Shown piece by piece: positions 27,013-40,097 of a DNA stretch of 64,000 nt. Below the pieces are notes generated by a model, which was given only the letters and a program-made list of their open reading frames with translations, was not told where the DNA came from and made no database searches. A program made the position numbers and the translations under genes. Origin of the DNA: Pelomyxa schiedti (lineage: Eukaryota; Protista; Evosea); the NCBI GenBank assembly GCA_020536535.1, contig JAHLWZ010000733.1, forward strand, positions 62,001-126,000, read 5' to 3'. Position 1 is the first letter of the stretch; each line of letters begins with the position of its first letter.

Positions 27013-30000
27013 ATGCAACCACAATCGACACAAATATCACTGCCACAATTACATGAACAACAGTTGGTTGAGCTTTTGCGGAATCCACAGTACGGGAAAG
27101 CCGTACTTTTGTCGACACTGATTCACCAGGTGGTTCAAAATGCGCACGCGAAGTTGCTTGCCTTGGCGGACAGGTAGACGTTCTGTCTGCAGTCTTCTTT
27201 TGTTTTGTTGTACCAATCTTGACAACGGATCATCAGCTTGGCCAAAGCTCCAGATACAGAGAGAAAGCGAGAGATGTTGCGGTACTTTGATTTTGAACAC
27301 CAGCAATTCATCAAATTACTGGTTTTGGTCAAGTGGTGTAGGAAAAATCCGCCAATCATTGAAAGGGCCAATGTACGGCCGTTCATTATCATCTATGTTT
27401 CACCCACCAAAGGCAATTTTGCGACTACTCTCGGATCACAACAAATGCTTTGAGTTGGCAGCCAACAATTTGTGGGATTTCACGAAGAACATTCTTCCAA
27501 GTGAAAGGTTGCTACCTTTCCTTTGTGCAGATGTGGAAATGTCATTTGACATTGCCACTTCCTCACATCTGTCAGACCTGCAATATCCGATATCCCAACA
27601 GCTGTTGATGTGCTCACCACTGGGAGTACCAATTTCATACCCCGTTGTATTGGAGAAATGTCGGGTGCTGCAGTTACTTTCACAAACATATTACCTCAAT
27701 GTGAAGTAACTGCACGACTTGAAAATTCTATCCGGTTCCGGCTCTCTTCTACTCTCACTCCACAGAAGTTTACTTCCATTGACATCAGTTACCTTATTCA
27801 GACTTTTCTTGTTCTAATGTTTCTTCAGAGCATGGTAGACTTATATGCACAGTGGAAAGAGAATTTCGTGTAGATATAGTTACTTAATTATCTCTAAACT
27901 TCCATTAGCTTTTTTTAACAATAGAGGGGTCCTGTTTACATTGGAAATTGCTCAGGGTACAAATTCTTGTACTTGGAATTTCCTCTGAGGGTATTGAATT
28001 TACCCACTAAAACATTGATTGATCCCCCTTCCAGTACAACAGTACCACTCAGAAAAACTCAGTACATTCCTCCAAAGATTCATTCAACCTGAACACAAAT
28101 GCCTGGTGACATTATACGAAATCCTACGTATTAACGCTTTTACTGCCATTCTCTCTCTTTTTCCCCTTTTTTTTCTTCTCTTCGTTTCATCTAACTTTCT
28201 CCTAGATGATTTTTGTAATTCCCTTCAATTGGAGCTGGCACATAATCAGGCTAAGGACATAAATACCAAATCGAGGACACACTCTATGAAGATCAGCTAC
28301 CTTGAGTCTAAGTCCCTTACACTCTATTATTGGAGGTAATTCAAGCCCACATCCACAGTTTTCTTATTCATTTGGTTTTAAAGAGATGGCCAAAAAATGA
28401 CTGCAAATCCGCAAGAAGGGCCATTTATTAGATTATCAGTAAATAGTTGGAGGGACCTTGAATTAGAGCACAACCCACCAATTGATAATCCTTCTCCTCT
28501 ATTTACACAAGTAATGTGAATCGACTTTTTCTTCAACCAACAAAAATTCCTGAAGAAAGGTGTCAATCTGCAATATTGCCTTAACCAAGCCATGTCATTC
28601 CACAGCAAAAAATTATTAGAAAAGCTCTGCAACCAACTTAAAATTCATCCAATAACATCATTAGCCAATGTAACCACAATTGAGCAATATACAGCAGAGC
28701 AAAACAGTTATGTGTTCCATCAAGTCTTCTAACAATCTCACTCCAAAAAGAACTCCAAATTATCTTGTTTAATGCCAGTTGCATAATTGGAGTTGATATG
28801 AGAACAGGGAAGTACACTATGACTTTACCTCCGGGAATAGGTTGTGCGGTTTACAAGGATCCACAGTCTTACTCTTTCTAGCTTCTGACATTGTACAACC
28901 CATGCAGGAGCAACTAAACAATAATGTGGACTCTATTGGAGATATTATTGCGCAGTTACTTTTATTGGTACTCAACTTACGAGCGATTTATCCTGATTTC
29001 TGTCTAGACTGGGTTTTCTCTGATGTTTAAAATTGGACACAGCCTGGGTTTAGTGCCAATTCACAATCTCAATGGCATGAATGACACAAGCATTATAAAA
29101 CTTACTGGATGAAATTCTCTAGAACTCCCAACCGAAAAGAAACTGGATGGGAATGCACTTGGATTCAAACTGCAGTCTTCATGGGGCAATTGCTATTTAA
29201 TAGCATATGTAGATGAAAAACTTTGTGTCAAATTTTCTTTACTCGAGTACAATGTCCCTCATTTTAGAATGACACTTATCATCGTAGGTGCCCTAGAAGC
29301 AATTCGAATGATAAGCTTCTTTATGAAAGATCATTAGTACCAAGTGTAACTTTGGCTTGTCAAAGCGATCAGAACTTTTTCCAAATGTAGTCACAACACT
29401 GCGCCATTCTTCTTACCCATTTGCAGTCTATTCAGTACTTTTCAAAGTGCCCTGAGTCAGTGCAAGTTTATACCTACAATATTACTGGATTTACCACAAC
29501 TTCTATTTAGGAGACTTCTGAACTTTAACACCATCTATCACTCCATTCCTCGGGAAATGTCCTCGAGTGTACAGTTCATCTCCATTCAATCTCCTGATCG
29601 ACCTTTTGAATTTGTGATGCGGAATGAAGGAGATATTACAGTCACAGGCTCATTGATTGGTGACAATGCGTGGCAGGTCTTGCACTTAGCCTTCCTTTCT
29701 CCCTTGAAATCCTCAATCTGTTCTCCCATATTTAGATGACAGTTAAGGAACCACTAGTATCAATGTGCACGTCTTTAGCGGCTTCTTCAATGCCCTTCCC
29801 TTCTCCTGACAAATCCAACGGTAAAATAACTCCAAGTAGTCAACCTATGTGGACTTCCGGTCACAATTTATCTACATCTGTCACACCACACAAAAATGAA
29901 TGGATCTTCCACTACGAAAAGGTTGCCATTATCCTGTTATCACTGGATTCTCACCTCCCTCGATTGCAGTTGCCAGACCAGACCTTGTATTTGTCTCCAC

Positions 30001-31772
30001 TGCGAATATTTGAGGAAGATTTTAAAAGTGCGAAGCTTATATTGGAGTTAGAGGCACAAGCTTGCAGTTGTATGTAACCTGCCTTTATGGAACGCGTGTA
30101 GTAACTCCGCAAACGTCTTAGACATTTATGCACATCCAATGCAACAAATCTCGTGGAAACGGTGTCGGCCATTTAGTTTCACGCTCGATTATAAAGTACA
30201 CTCAAGTATTCATCTCATACTTTCTCAAAATTACTCAATACCGACAGGGAAGTGAATTTACTGTGACTGCGTCCCGATCAAGTCCACGCATTAATTTGAT
30301 AACTGTGCCCAACACGCCTACCACTACTTTCTTGGATGCACAATTGGCAGTCACACGGCCTACACGACAAATCGGTGAAATCTTGCAGGTAACAGTCTAT
30401 ATCGTGGAAATCTTTAGTTACTTTTAATTATAGAGTTATACCACAACTTTTACTGCTATGCAAAAAATATCTTCTTTCTTTGGTCCCGCAAGTCCCACTC
30501 ACTTACCCTTGGATTTCAACATTATAGCTCGTTCAACTGACACATTACGTGTTATTTTCCGCTATATGTATGTACCAATCAAGACACCAAGAAACCTTAC
30601 AAAAAAACAGCTGGGGATTGGATATGGTTGTTAAGGAAGAGTTCGTAGTTATCAAGGGTACCCGTTCTTTCCTCTGCATTCTTTGGTAATTTCTCTTAGA
30701 TGCATTCTCATCAGAACATCCCTCAGAGCTTCAGCCAATCCCCAGGTTTAAGGACTTTCTAGCAAAGCTCAGTAGAATTGTATTACCCTAATCATGTACT
30801 TATTGCCCTCACGGTACTGTTACAAGTTTCACAGTGTGCATATCGTTGAAAGTTGTTCACATCGGGAACCTTCAAGATCACAAGTGGCTTTTGGCGTTCC
30901 CACCTGTGATCTTTTGCCTGTCTTTGCGTCTCTACACCAATATCTTTCACATTTGCATCTCTTCCGGCGCCCTGTAAGGGAGATAAAGGAATTTAAGGAT
31001 TCCAATGACTTCAGTGATTCAGCAACAGTTCTCCAATCTCCCCTTTCCAAGTGTCCATTAAGCGTCTACAGGAAGAACTGATTCTTCGGCCTAACACCAG
31101 CTCACTCAAGTTTTCCTTAGTCCTATCCAACTTCTTGATTGAACTTCGTGTGGAAGACCCCCAGTTGTCCAAAGAAGACTCCAGATCACTGGAAGAGTTT
31201 TTTACCAAAAAGGTCTCTCCCAAGTTCGTTCATTTTCTCTGACAAGAAGTGCAGGTAATAAAAGAGCCTTACTTGTCGAAGCCATTTGTTGGTCTCCTAC
31301 ATATTCTCATCGGTTCACCTATAAGAAGTATCAAAGAGCTAGTCATTACCACCATACAACAAGCCTTGGTACAAGTTTCCTTATGGCTTTCCCATCTGGC
31401 TTACAATTAGCAGGAAGAAAACTTTCTTGTAGAATGGTACGGAAGTCAACAAGAAGATCCGGACTATTTCAAATTTTTAGTATGTAGAAGCTCTTTTGGA
31501 AAATTCTCTTTTGCTGACAAAAACCTGTACTGCAGATAAAAATTGGAAATAGCAAGTGGCTACCTTTCAGTTACATGAAAAACTCACGTCTAGAGGTAGC
31601 AGTAAAATGCGGACTTAAAAGCAACCCTGCAACTATCGATGAGGAGCTGGCCGCTTCTGCGCTTGCTGAGTCCTCAGGTACCTTCTGAATACAACCAATC
31701 CCCAATTGCTCACAGTGCCCAGGGATATTGAAGAACCTTATACACGTTCTTCGGACCAAAGTTGGCCACTGA
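27013..31772 (+). CDS. MED14: Mediator of RNA polymerase II transcription subunit 14 (many exons; 3' end approximate)
   Basis: N-terminal Med14 signature: VLLSTLIHQVVQNAHAKLLALAD..DTERKREMLRYF...QFIKLLVLVKW..., DVLTTGSTNFIPRCI. Downstream exons stay open with GT-AG introns but were not verified by homology. Confidence 0.8.
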
Positions 31773-31932
31773 TGCGTGAGTTCTCACAACACACAAACCA
31801 AAGGCACGTGGTAATAACCATTGTGCCCTATCCTATGTAGACAACAACACGGGCGTTGATGAGGCCAGAAATGATCACCATCTCAAGTTTTGGTTCATCG
31901 AACAAACGGTTTTTTTTTTTTTTTTTTGCGTG

Positions 31933-32577
31933 ATGGGGCGAAAGCTGCAAAAAACGACGCGCTTCCCTTTGACGCCGAGTGTTTTGCTCCGAGCCGTGGC
32001 CAACCCAGATTTCGAATTGGCGTGTGCTAAAAGTACTGCGACCGAACTGAATATGAACATGTTGAACGGAGCCCAACAACCCTTTGCTCTATTTAGGTGA
32101 CGAGACGAACAAGGAGGTTACTATGGAGAGTGTGGAGCAGACGGGCACGGGGCTGGTCATGCTGCTACGTAACGTGGAGTACGCCAGGACCACCACCGGG
32201 TCATTGGATAAGTCCAGGACGGTGCTGAGCAGCTCGAGAGTCCAGTGGGATTTGGCCAAGAGAACAGGTAGGTTTGACTACACCCCGTCATCAGAGATGA
32301 CGTCCATGACACTGTGTGGTACATATCTGGTATCTGCCGTAGAAGGGGCACCAAATTCCGCCGACTTGACAGTTGTGTTCGAAGTAAGCGCCAAACATCC
32401 ACATCTCGATAGCAGAAGGCCCGAAAAAAAACTACTAACAATTCCCACACATCGCAGGTCTCTGTATCCTGGCCATTAATAGGCGGACTGGTGGAAAAAA
32501 TGGTGTTGAATGACATAGATTCCAAGTGGGACAGATGCGCTCAATTCGCTTCAGACATTGCTGCACGCCTGCCTTGA
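31933..32577 (+). CDS. DUF2505-like (START/SRPBCC-fold) small protein, 3 exons
   Basis: Introns 32033-32096 and 32384-32457 give MGRKLQKTTRFPLTPSVLLRAVANPDFELACAK...VTMESVE...TVVFEVSVSWPLIGGLVEKMVLNDIDSKWDRCAQFA. This matches the DUF2505 pattern as I recall it (Y/F.....V...L.DP.F; V.V.IPLVGGK.EK). Confidence 0.65.
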
Positions 32578-32758
32578 ACGGCAAGAAGAAACTTGTTGAT
32601 TAGCCGGCGAACATGTCAAAGTGCAGAAAACCTGTTCTCGTCTTTCTCAATGTTACTGCAAAATGATGAGATTGCAGGAAAACCAAACGACCGTTTGTTT
32701 ACGAAAGATCTTGACAACATAAAAAAAAAGAAAAAAAAAACACAGGTTAAAAGGGGAG

Positions 32759-35700
32759 ATGGCCTCCGAGGTCAAGTCGTGGCGCCTTTTGTCTTCGGAA
32801 ACAAGTATCACAGTTACAGTGTCTACGTCATCCACATCGTCGGGAGGGGGTGTAGATCTCAACGCCGTGTTGTCGCGCCCAGTACGGCGGCGGCACCACC
32901 ATTCCGCGTCTCCTTCGTCTCGCACGCGATCCGAATCGTCGAGTGACGAGGAGGCGGCGGCGGCGGTGGCGGTGGCGTCGGAATCTTCTGCCTCATCGTC
33001 TGCCTCTTCTGCCTCGTCTACCTCGTCGCCCGCGCTCTCCTATGGAACTAGTTCTTCGCCGCCAGTGATGACTCCTCCTTTGGCTCCTAACAAGACGCCA
33101 CTCGCTCACCCGCCGACAATGTCGCTGCCTCCTTCCTTTGGGCCTCCGCCGCTCCCACCGAGCACGCCCCCACCGTCTCTGCCTCCCGGTTCATCGCCGC
33201 CACTTTCCTCTCCTACTGTGTCTCACACCCCGACACCCCCGCCCCATTCTCCTCTGGTCCGGCCCCACGCTGTTGCACCAACCAAGGGGCGCAGCACTGC
33301 TACCATAGATGGCTTTGGGTCACTGCCAAGGAGTATGTCCTTGAGCTCACGAAGTGCACCCTCACGTCCCAAGCCAGAAACTCCCCCTATCCTCGGAGTT
33401 CCACCTAACAAGCCACTCTCCTCATCATTCACTCATGCTACACAAGCTCCATCATCCTCAGTTTCCAGTAGACCCGATACTCCTGCACAACCACCGTCCC
33501 CAACACTAAATACTTGTGACCCAGCCCTACCTTCTGTAGAAGAGATTGACTCCAGACCACAGTTTCAGGACCCTGTTGAGGAACATCAACACCTCCTCTA
33601 CAGTGACAGAGAAAGTAGCCTCATTCAAGACATTTACCATCTTTTGATCACAAAATATCCCAAGTCCTTCATTGCCTTATGTTACTTATTCAATTGAAAT
33701 TCCCTTTACAGAGTTCTGAACGACTTTTTCTTGGGTTGTGAAAATCGAGAGAGATGGGACTTATATGCTGAGTCAATTATAACAGCATCTTTCGCTCGGT
33801 CTACTACTTTGAGGTGTGTGCGGATATTCTCCACAAGAAAAAGAAACTCTTTGGTCGCCCAACAATTTTAAATACATGCAGCTTGATTCGTTACTTTGTG
33901 AATGACGAATTCCAAAATCACCCACCTGATGAACCAAGCTTCCGAGACAATTGCATTGCCTCAAAGGTCATCAAGTCATATTTAAGTGAGTTTTCACAAG
34001 GACCTAATGACATTTTTCCCCATTAGTAAATCTAATTTATGTATAGGGAAAGTCGGCAGCAAGTATCTCTGTGATATGCTTGGTGACGTAATGCACAAAA
34101 TTTGCATTGCAGAACAAAAAATATCATATGAGATTGATCCAGGGTGAGTTGTGATTTCTGTGGAATCAAACTTTTACCACCTCTTCGTTGACTTCTTTCC
34201 CTTGCAGTAAATTAGAGAGCCATGATGAGGTCCTGAAAAGGCAAATTCTTCTTCAAAACAAAATGGATACCATTCTGGCACGGATAACGGATCCGGCCAA
34301 CATTGACAAAATGCCACCTGGTGTAAGGTCGAGCCATAAGCGGCTCCTCATTATCAAAGTAATTATTTTTCATAGACTCGTGGCAGCTTACTTCTTTGAA
34401 ATGGCACAGAAATATTGCCCTGAATCAAACCCACTAGCCGTAGTTGGAAGCTTCCTTATACTGAGGTACAGAAACTTTCTACATGAAGTTTCACTACCTT
34501 TTTGAAAAGGTACATCAACCCAGCAATCTTTTCTCCTGAACAATACGGGATGATACGATCAGGCAAAGTCTCACCATTAGTGAGGAGAAATCTTGTGTTA
34601 CTTAGTAAAATGCTCCAGGTCAGGAAACAAGTGCGATTTTTTACTCAAGCCAATTAGAATATTTCCAGTGGACTTGTATTCACCTCCAAAGAACAATACA
34701 TGGTTGCAATGAATCGATACATAGAACAAAACGTAAATAGGTTGCATGATTATTTTAAAGTAGTCATTGCCCAAGCATCCTCTACGACCAACCTTGTAAT
34801 TGGTGATTAGTTCATTTCTTAAATTATCCTTTAATTCAACTACCGCCAAGATTCTGATATCTGTGCTGTAAGTCTGAAGGATTTGCATTTATTACATCTA
34901 CTATTGTTTCAACACAAAGAGCATTCAAGTACTTTGATCTCAGTAGATACTGACAGGAGAAGTATGTGAGGGAGAGAGTGAAAATCTCATTCGTTGAAAG
35001 TGTTTGAGAAAAAACTGGAGGATTTAGGCTCCTATTCAAACAAAGTTTCATTTGCTTTTGCCGGTTCTGCTGCCCAAAGTACGTATCCCATCACTAGGGC
35101 TAATCCCTGACTTGAAGTTTCAAGAACAAGTTAAAGACCTTCTCATGCAACGAAAAGAAGAGGCCTCGTACATAGGATACTTAACTGTTCCTGCTAAAAA
35201 GGGACCTGATAAGGTAACCCTTGTTGTGGGCCTTAACAGGATTTTCACAGTGAAGAAGGGAGGAAAGGTATCTACCTTATTCCTGAGTAAAATTTATTTT
35301 GTTAGGTTGGGGCTGAAGGTCATTTCGTGGATCTTAAGGAGATAGTCAGCCTCACACCAAGAGAGGTTCTCAATTTCTCATCTGGTTTTTGCTCAACGTT
35401 CATAGGTACGGCTTATTTTCGCACAAAGTGAAATTGCTGGAGAGAGTGATCAAGCAGATGATATCTTGTATAGTGTTAGACGTGCCTTTGAGCAAAATTT
35501 TGGGATGATTCCGGAGGCTTTCAGATTCAGACTAAATGTGTCTCCACCAACGAGAGTTAGCAAAATGCAAGCAGGTTCTTTTTCTTGCTCGGTTTCCTTT
35601 ATTTTTTTTCTCTGATTCTTTTCACATAGTGGAAAAAAAATGTGGTGGATTTGTCGATGCTTACAAGTCATTATGTAACTACCACAACGTTGCGTGCAAT

Positions 35701-37739
35701 ATGTCTCTGTGCTGGGATGTTGAAAATCTCTACACAGACAATACAAAATTCAATCTGCACCATTTTTTCTCTGGTATTAGAGTCTTTTTACTCACCACAC
35801 TCACTTAAGCAGAGGAATCTGGTGGGGATACTGTTGCTATGGCTACTTCTGAACTTGCCCCTGTATTCCAAGCACTTTGGTGCGCATGTAGTATTACGTG
35901 TAAAAAAATAACCTGGGAACAGGCACAACACCCATTTCACCTGGTTGTTGACCAAAGACAGAAAACTGGAAAAAACCTTTCCAACACTTGTTGATATGCT
36001 CCACTTCAACTGTCACCTCACTTCACTTACACTCGTAAATGTAAATCTTTCCTCCAGCAACTGGGCAGCACTTTTCGATGCCATGGGATCCAATCCACAG
36101 GCATTTTCCTTTCGTATAGAATACATCACAAAAATAAATAACACAATTCAATACAAAAGTGTATCATTCAGCACATAGATGTGAGCTCGAATCCTGTTTT
36201 TGATGAGAGAGTGGTTAACTCCCTTGCCACTTTCCTCAGCACCTCCAAAGCACCACATGGAGTGGAAACTCTTGAAATGGCTGATACCCTAACCAACCCA
36301 AAGGCTGTTTTGGCAGCCTGGGTTATGCTACTGAGCATACAAAAAGTGCTCACTACGCAATAAAAGCGTACCAATCTAACCATGGGCTGCAGATAAGGGG
36401 AATGAATACCCTTCTCCACTTGGACATCTCTGGAAATAAGATTGGAGATAATACAACCCAACTTGCTCAGTGGCTGGGAATGCCCGGAAACCCACTAACC
36501 TACTTGAACATCAGAAATACCAGTATTGCTACCGCAAAGATTGCGTCAATATTTGGTGCAATTTCTCAGGGATGCCGATGCATGAAAACTCTCGTTGCTA
36601 GTGGATGTTTGACCCCCTCTGTGTACATACTGAACTCAACTTTTTCTTTTCGTCTTGTATAGTAAAGATTTCGAGACCGGAAGAGGCCACTCATCTTGCT
36701 CAAATAATCTCCGTTCCTGCTCTCTCCAATTTGGATTTATCTGAATCCATTGCCTCAGAGAAGATTATTTTGGTTCTTCCTTACATTCACAAGCGTGGCC
36801 CTAATATACTATAGGACCTCCTACAACCGCCTCCTCGTGAAGGCACAATAAATCTTATGCTACGCAGCTGTGGTCTGGGACTCGTAGCGGCAAAAATTCT
36901 CCGAGACATAGGTTTGTTGTATATTTTCTCCTGTTTATCTCATTCTGCAAATAGCTCCCAAATTAACTAGCATCACTTCCCTTGATCTTGGCGGAAATGA
37001 ATTAGTGAGACCTCATCAAAAGTTGAAGGTTTATTAATGATCTTGACATAGGGAGATGACGGAATCATCCTGGTTGTGGAGGGCATTATGTTGAACACAA
37101 CACTCCTTTCATTGAATATGAATGGCTGTTTTGGCAAAGGAACACGATTAAGGACGGACGTTGTCCGTGCACTGCAAAAGTTGATTGTATCAGATTGTCC
37201 ACTCGAATGTTTTCACCAAAAATACTTTGAGACACATTCTCACCCTTATTAGCCCTGAAAATTGCTGGAGGCATGAAGGCAACGCAACAAATGTCTAAGT
37301 TAATGCTGCCTTTCTTGCATTCTCTAGCCTCGAACGAGTCAATTACAGAGATCGACGTATCTGGTCACGCCATGGGAAACCCTGGAGCCATAGCACTGGC
37401 CAAAGTCTTGCAGGTAATCTTGGCCTGCTGAATGACTGTCGTTCCTAACATTCTCCCCCAGGTTAATACAAGACTCACTTCAGTTCATTGGGATGACAAC
37501 TCCACTAGCCTTCTTGGGCTTACCGCAATGTGCAACGCACTGAAGGTTTTTTTTTTCATCCTGCAGTATGTTTGTCCCTCTAACTTGTTGCACAGGCCAA
37601 CCAGACACTCCGTTGCATGCCTGTGCCCATTGGTGACATCAGCTCACTGCTATCCAGCAACCTTCCCGAGGACATAAAGAAGCGAGTGCGGGCTTTGTCA
37701 AATGAACTTCAGCAAGCACTCGTTTCCCGCGGAATTTAA
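32759..37739 (+). CDS. Ser/Pro-rich N-terminus + RasGAP domain + CARMIL-type PH domain + leucine-rich repeats
   Basis: RasGAP: PSFRDNCIASKVIKSY (Arg finger), SFLILRYINPAIFSP, RRNLVLLSKMLQNI. PH: KVTLVVGLNRIFTVKKGGKVGAEGHFVDLKEI. LRRs: LTSLTLVNVNLS, LLHLDISGNKIGD, ITEIDVSGHAMGNPGAIALAKVLQ, LTSVHWDDN. Confidence 0.85.
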
Positions 37740-37816
37740 CGCGGCTTTGTACTGTAGGAACAGAAAAACTTTTTTGGTTCTTATTTGAGTGAAAAGTTTT
37801 TAAAAGGTCTTTTAGA

Positions 37817-39971
37817 TTAGAGCCAGTTGGGCTTTTGGGGAAGATAGATTCTCAAGGGAGGATGAAGGTATAAAGCGGCGATGATGCCACAGAGCAGTAA
37901 AAGGAGAGGGAGGAAAGCAAACAGACAGGAGGTGGAGTTTCCGGATGCGTGTGATCCGGTACTGCTGTGTGTTGGTGTGGTTGCCGATGTGAGGTCATGG
38001 GTGGAGGTTTCACTGCAACTTGTGGTTGTTGTGGCAGATGTGGATTCCTCGGAGCTCTGTGGTTTCCACTTGCGAATAATTTCACTTTCGTGTGGTGCAA
38101 TTGCCTCCTGGTTGGTAAGGTAAAACGCTTCCGCACTGACGACAAAATCGGCGAGCGTTTGTTGATTCACCTGTGGGAAAAAGGGTTACCATCATCCACA
38201 TTAGAAAGGTTATATACCTTATTATTGCCATGTAGCAGTTCAAAAATTTTGAAAGTCTCCACTCTGTGAGTCATAAAGCATTCCTTCCATGAAGAAAGAT
38301 TGCGTTGTTTGTTTATAATCTTTATGAGACTGGGAAGAACCTATTGATAACGCTGTTAAAGTGTATTAAGGAGTGCAAATTAGATACATCAGAAGATTCG
38401 GGAGAGACACAAAGTGTCAGAAGAACGCCAAAAACTGGGGGTGGAATAACACTCGACAGCAAGGCTTTCTAAAATCTGGTTAGCTCTTAGTGGCAGAACC
38501 AAGGACTCACAATGAAGGGTGTGTAGTGTGGTCTTAGCTGTGCAGAGAGTGTGTTGTTAATTTTCATGTGAACTAGGGCGGTAAGTCCTTCAGCAACCCA
38601 GTTGGCTACCACAGGATGAATATCATGTGATGATTGTTGGGAGGTTGATGGAAGGGTTGCAGTAATATGTTCAAGGAAAGCCGACATTTCATCATTATCG
38701 TCAAAATAAGGCAGCAAAAACTGAAGAAATACTGTTTGGAGTGTTAGATAATTGGCTGTAACGTAACTAGCATACAGCCCGCGGCATCAAAAGGTGAACT
38801 CTGTCCAAATGCCCAAATCTCAAAGTGGAGAATTAGTTTCGGTGCAAGATAAATCAAGCAACCATAGCACCGAGCTCTCCAGTTACTGCTTCTCGTGTTG
38901 CTGTCACACTTGATGCAAAACACATTGGAGCGCTAAAGAGTAAAAGTTGAAGTAATGCTTGCAGGCCTCTGCCATGTGTTTGTACCATTTGCTCTAGTAT
39001 GATTAAGGGTAACATAGATCACAACCATTGACGGACCTTCTGGGTGCAGGAGCTCATCGATTGCTCTCAGAGTAAAGAGAAGCAATCTGTCGGTGGGGAA
39101 GCCTCTGATCCAATTTTTAATACAGAGCTGAACATCACCAGGTAAAAGTGTGGAGGGAATTCCTTAACGAACTGTTAAAAACAACAACAACAAAATAGAA
39201 AGATCACCAACTTCCGATGGCAAAAAAACTAACTCTGCTTGGTCAGGCTGTGCTCTTGCTAACTGGAGCTGTATTGCTTTGAGTTTAGAGTGAATTTTCC
39301 TCCCTTTTTTCCCCTACTTCCAGTAGCTCCGCTACCCGATACAATCTTTCTTCATATAACTCAGGGTAGGAAGAGTCAGCGACATTGATTTTTTTTCGGA
39401 CAGTGGGAAGGGAGATCTTGAACCAGTTACTTCCAAGTTTTGTATTGTTGGAGGCAACCATTTGACAAGCCTCTTCAAGAGTTATTTCCTCCTCTTCTTC
39501 TTCCTCCTCTTCAACAGCTGCAGTTTTCTTTGTTTGCTTTTTTTTTGGTTTTTCTTCTACCTCAACTTTCATTTCAGGCATCTGTTTGGCTCCTTTTTAA
39601 AATAATAAGGGCAGGTTAACAAGAGTGCCGACACACCCATTCTATATATTTTTTCGATTTCAGTGAGACCTTCCAGCGACTTCTTTTTTGGTTTCTTGAC
39701 CTTCAGTGCCTTCTGAGCCTTCTCTTTGGTAATTTTCTTAACATAGTTTGTAGCCTCCTGCTTCAACAGGTGCTCCACAGTCTGTTGGCAGTTCCGCCAT
39801 CGTCACAAAATGGAAAAACGTCAGATCCGAACATACATCGGCGTTGGGATCTGGGTTGTACTTCTCCGCCACTGCTTTCTTGATCTCTCTTTCTCTCTTC
39901 TTTGCGACACGTCGCACTTTGGCTCGTTCTTCCTTCGCTGACGGCACCAAAGACCAGTCCTCGTCACTCAT
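37817..39971 (-). CDS. TMEM214: TMEM214-like protein with a C-terminal transmembrane helix
   Basis: Spliced segments EITLEEACQMV, IPSTLLPGDVQLCIKNWI, HGRGLQALLQLLL, IWAFGQSS..LQYFFSFLLPYF and SWKECFMTH parallel TMEM214 blocks as I recall them. C-terminal hydrophobic CLFAFLPLLLLLCGIIAALYL. Confidence 0.65.
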
Positions 39972-40097
39972 TTTGTTTATTTTTTGTTGTTTTTTTTTCC
40001 AGTTCGGTGTCGAAACTGGGTCAAATTTGTGGCACCTGTCAAATCGTTAATCGGATCTCAGACGAAAAACAAAAAAACCAGAAAGTAAGGACACGCG
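39972..40097. promoter_or_regulatory. Very short (126 bp) divergent intergenic region, probable bidirectional promoter
   Basis: ATGs at 39971 (-) and 40098 (+). Confidence 0.5.
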
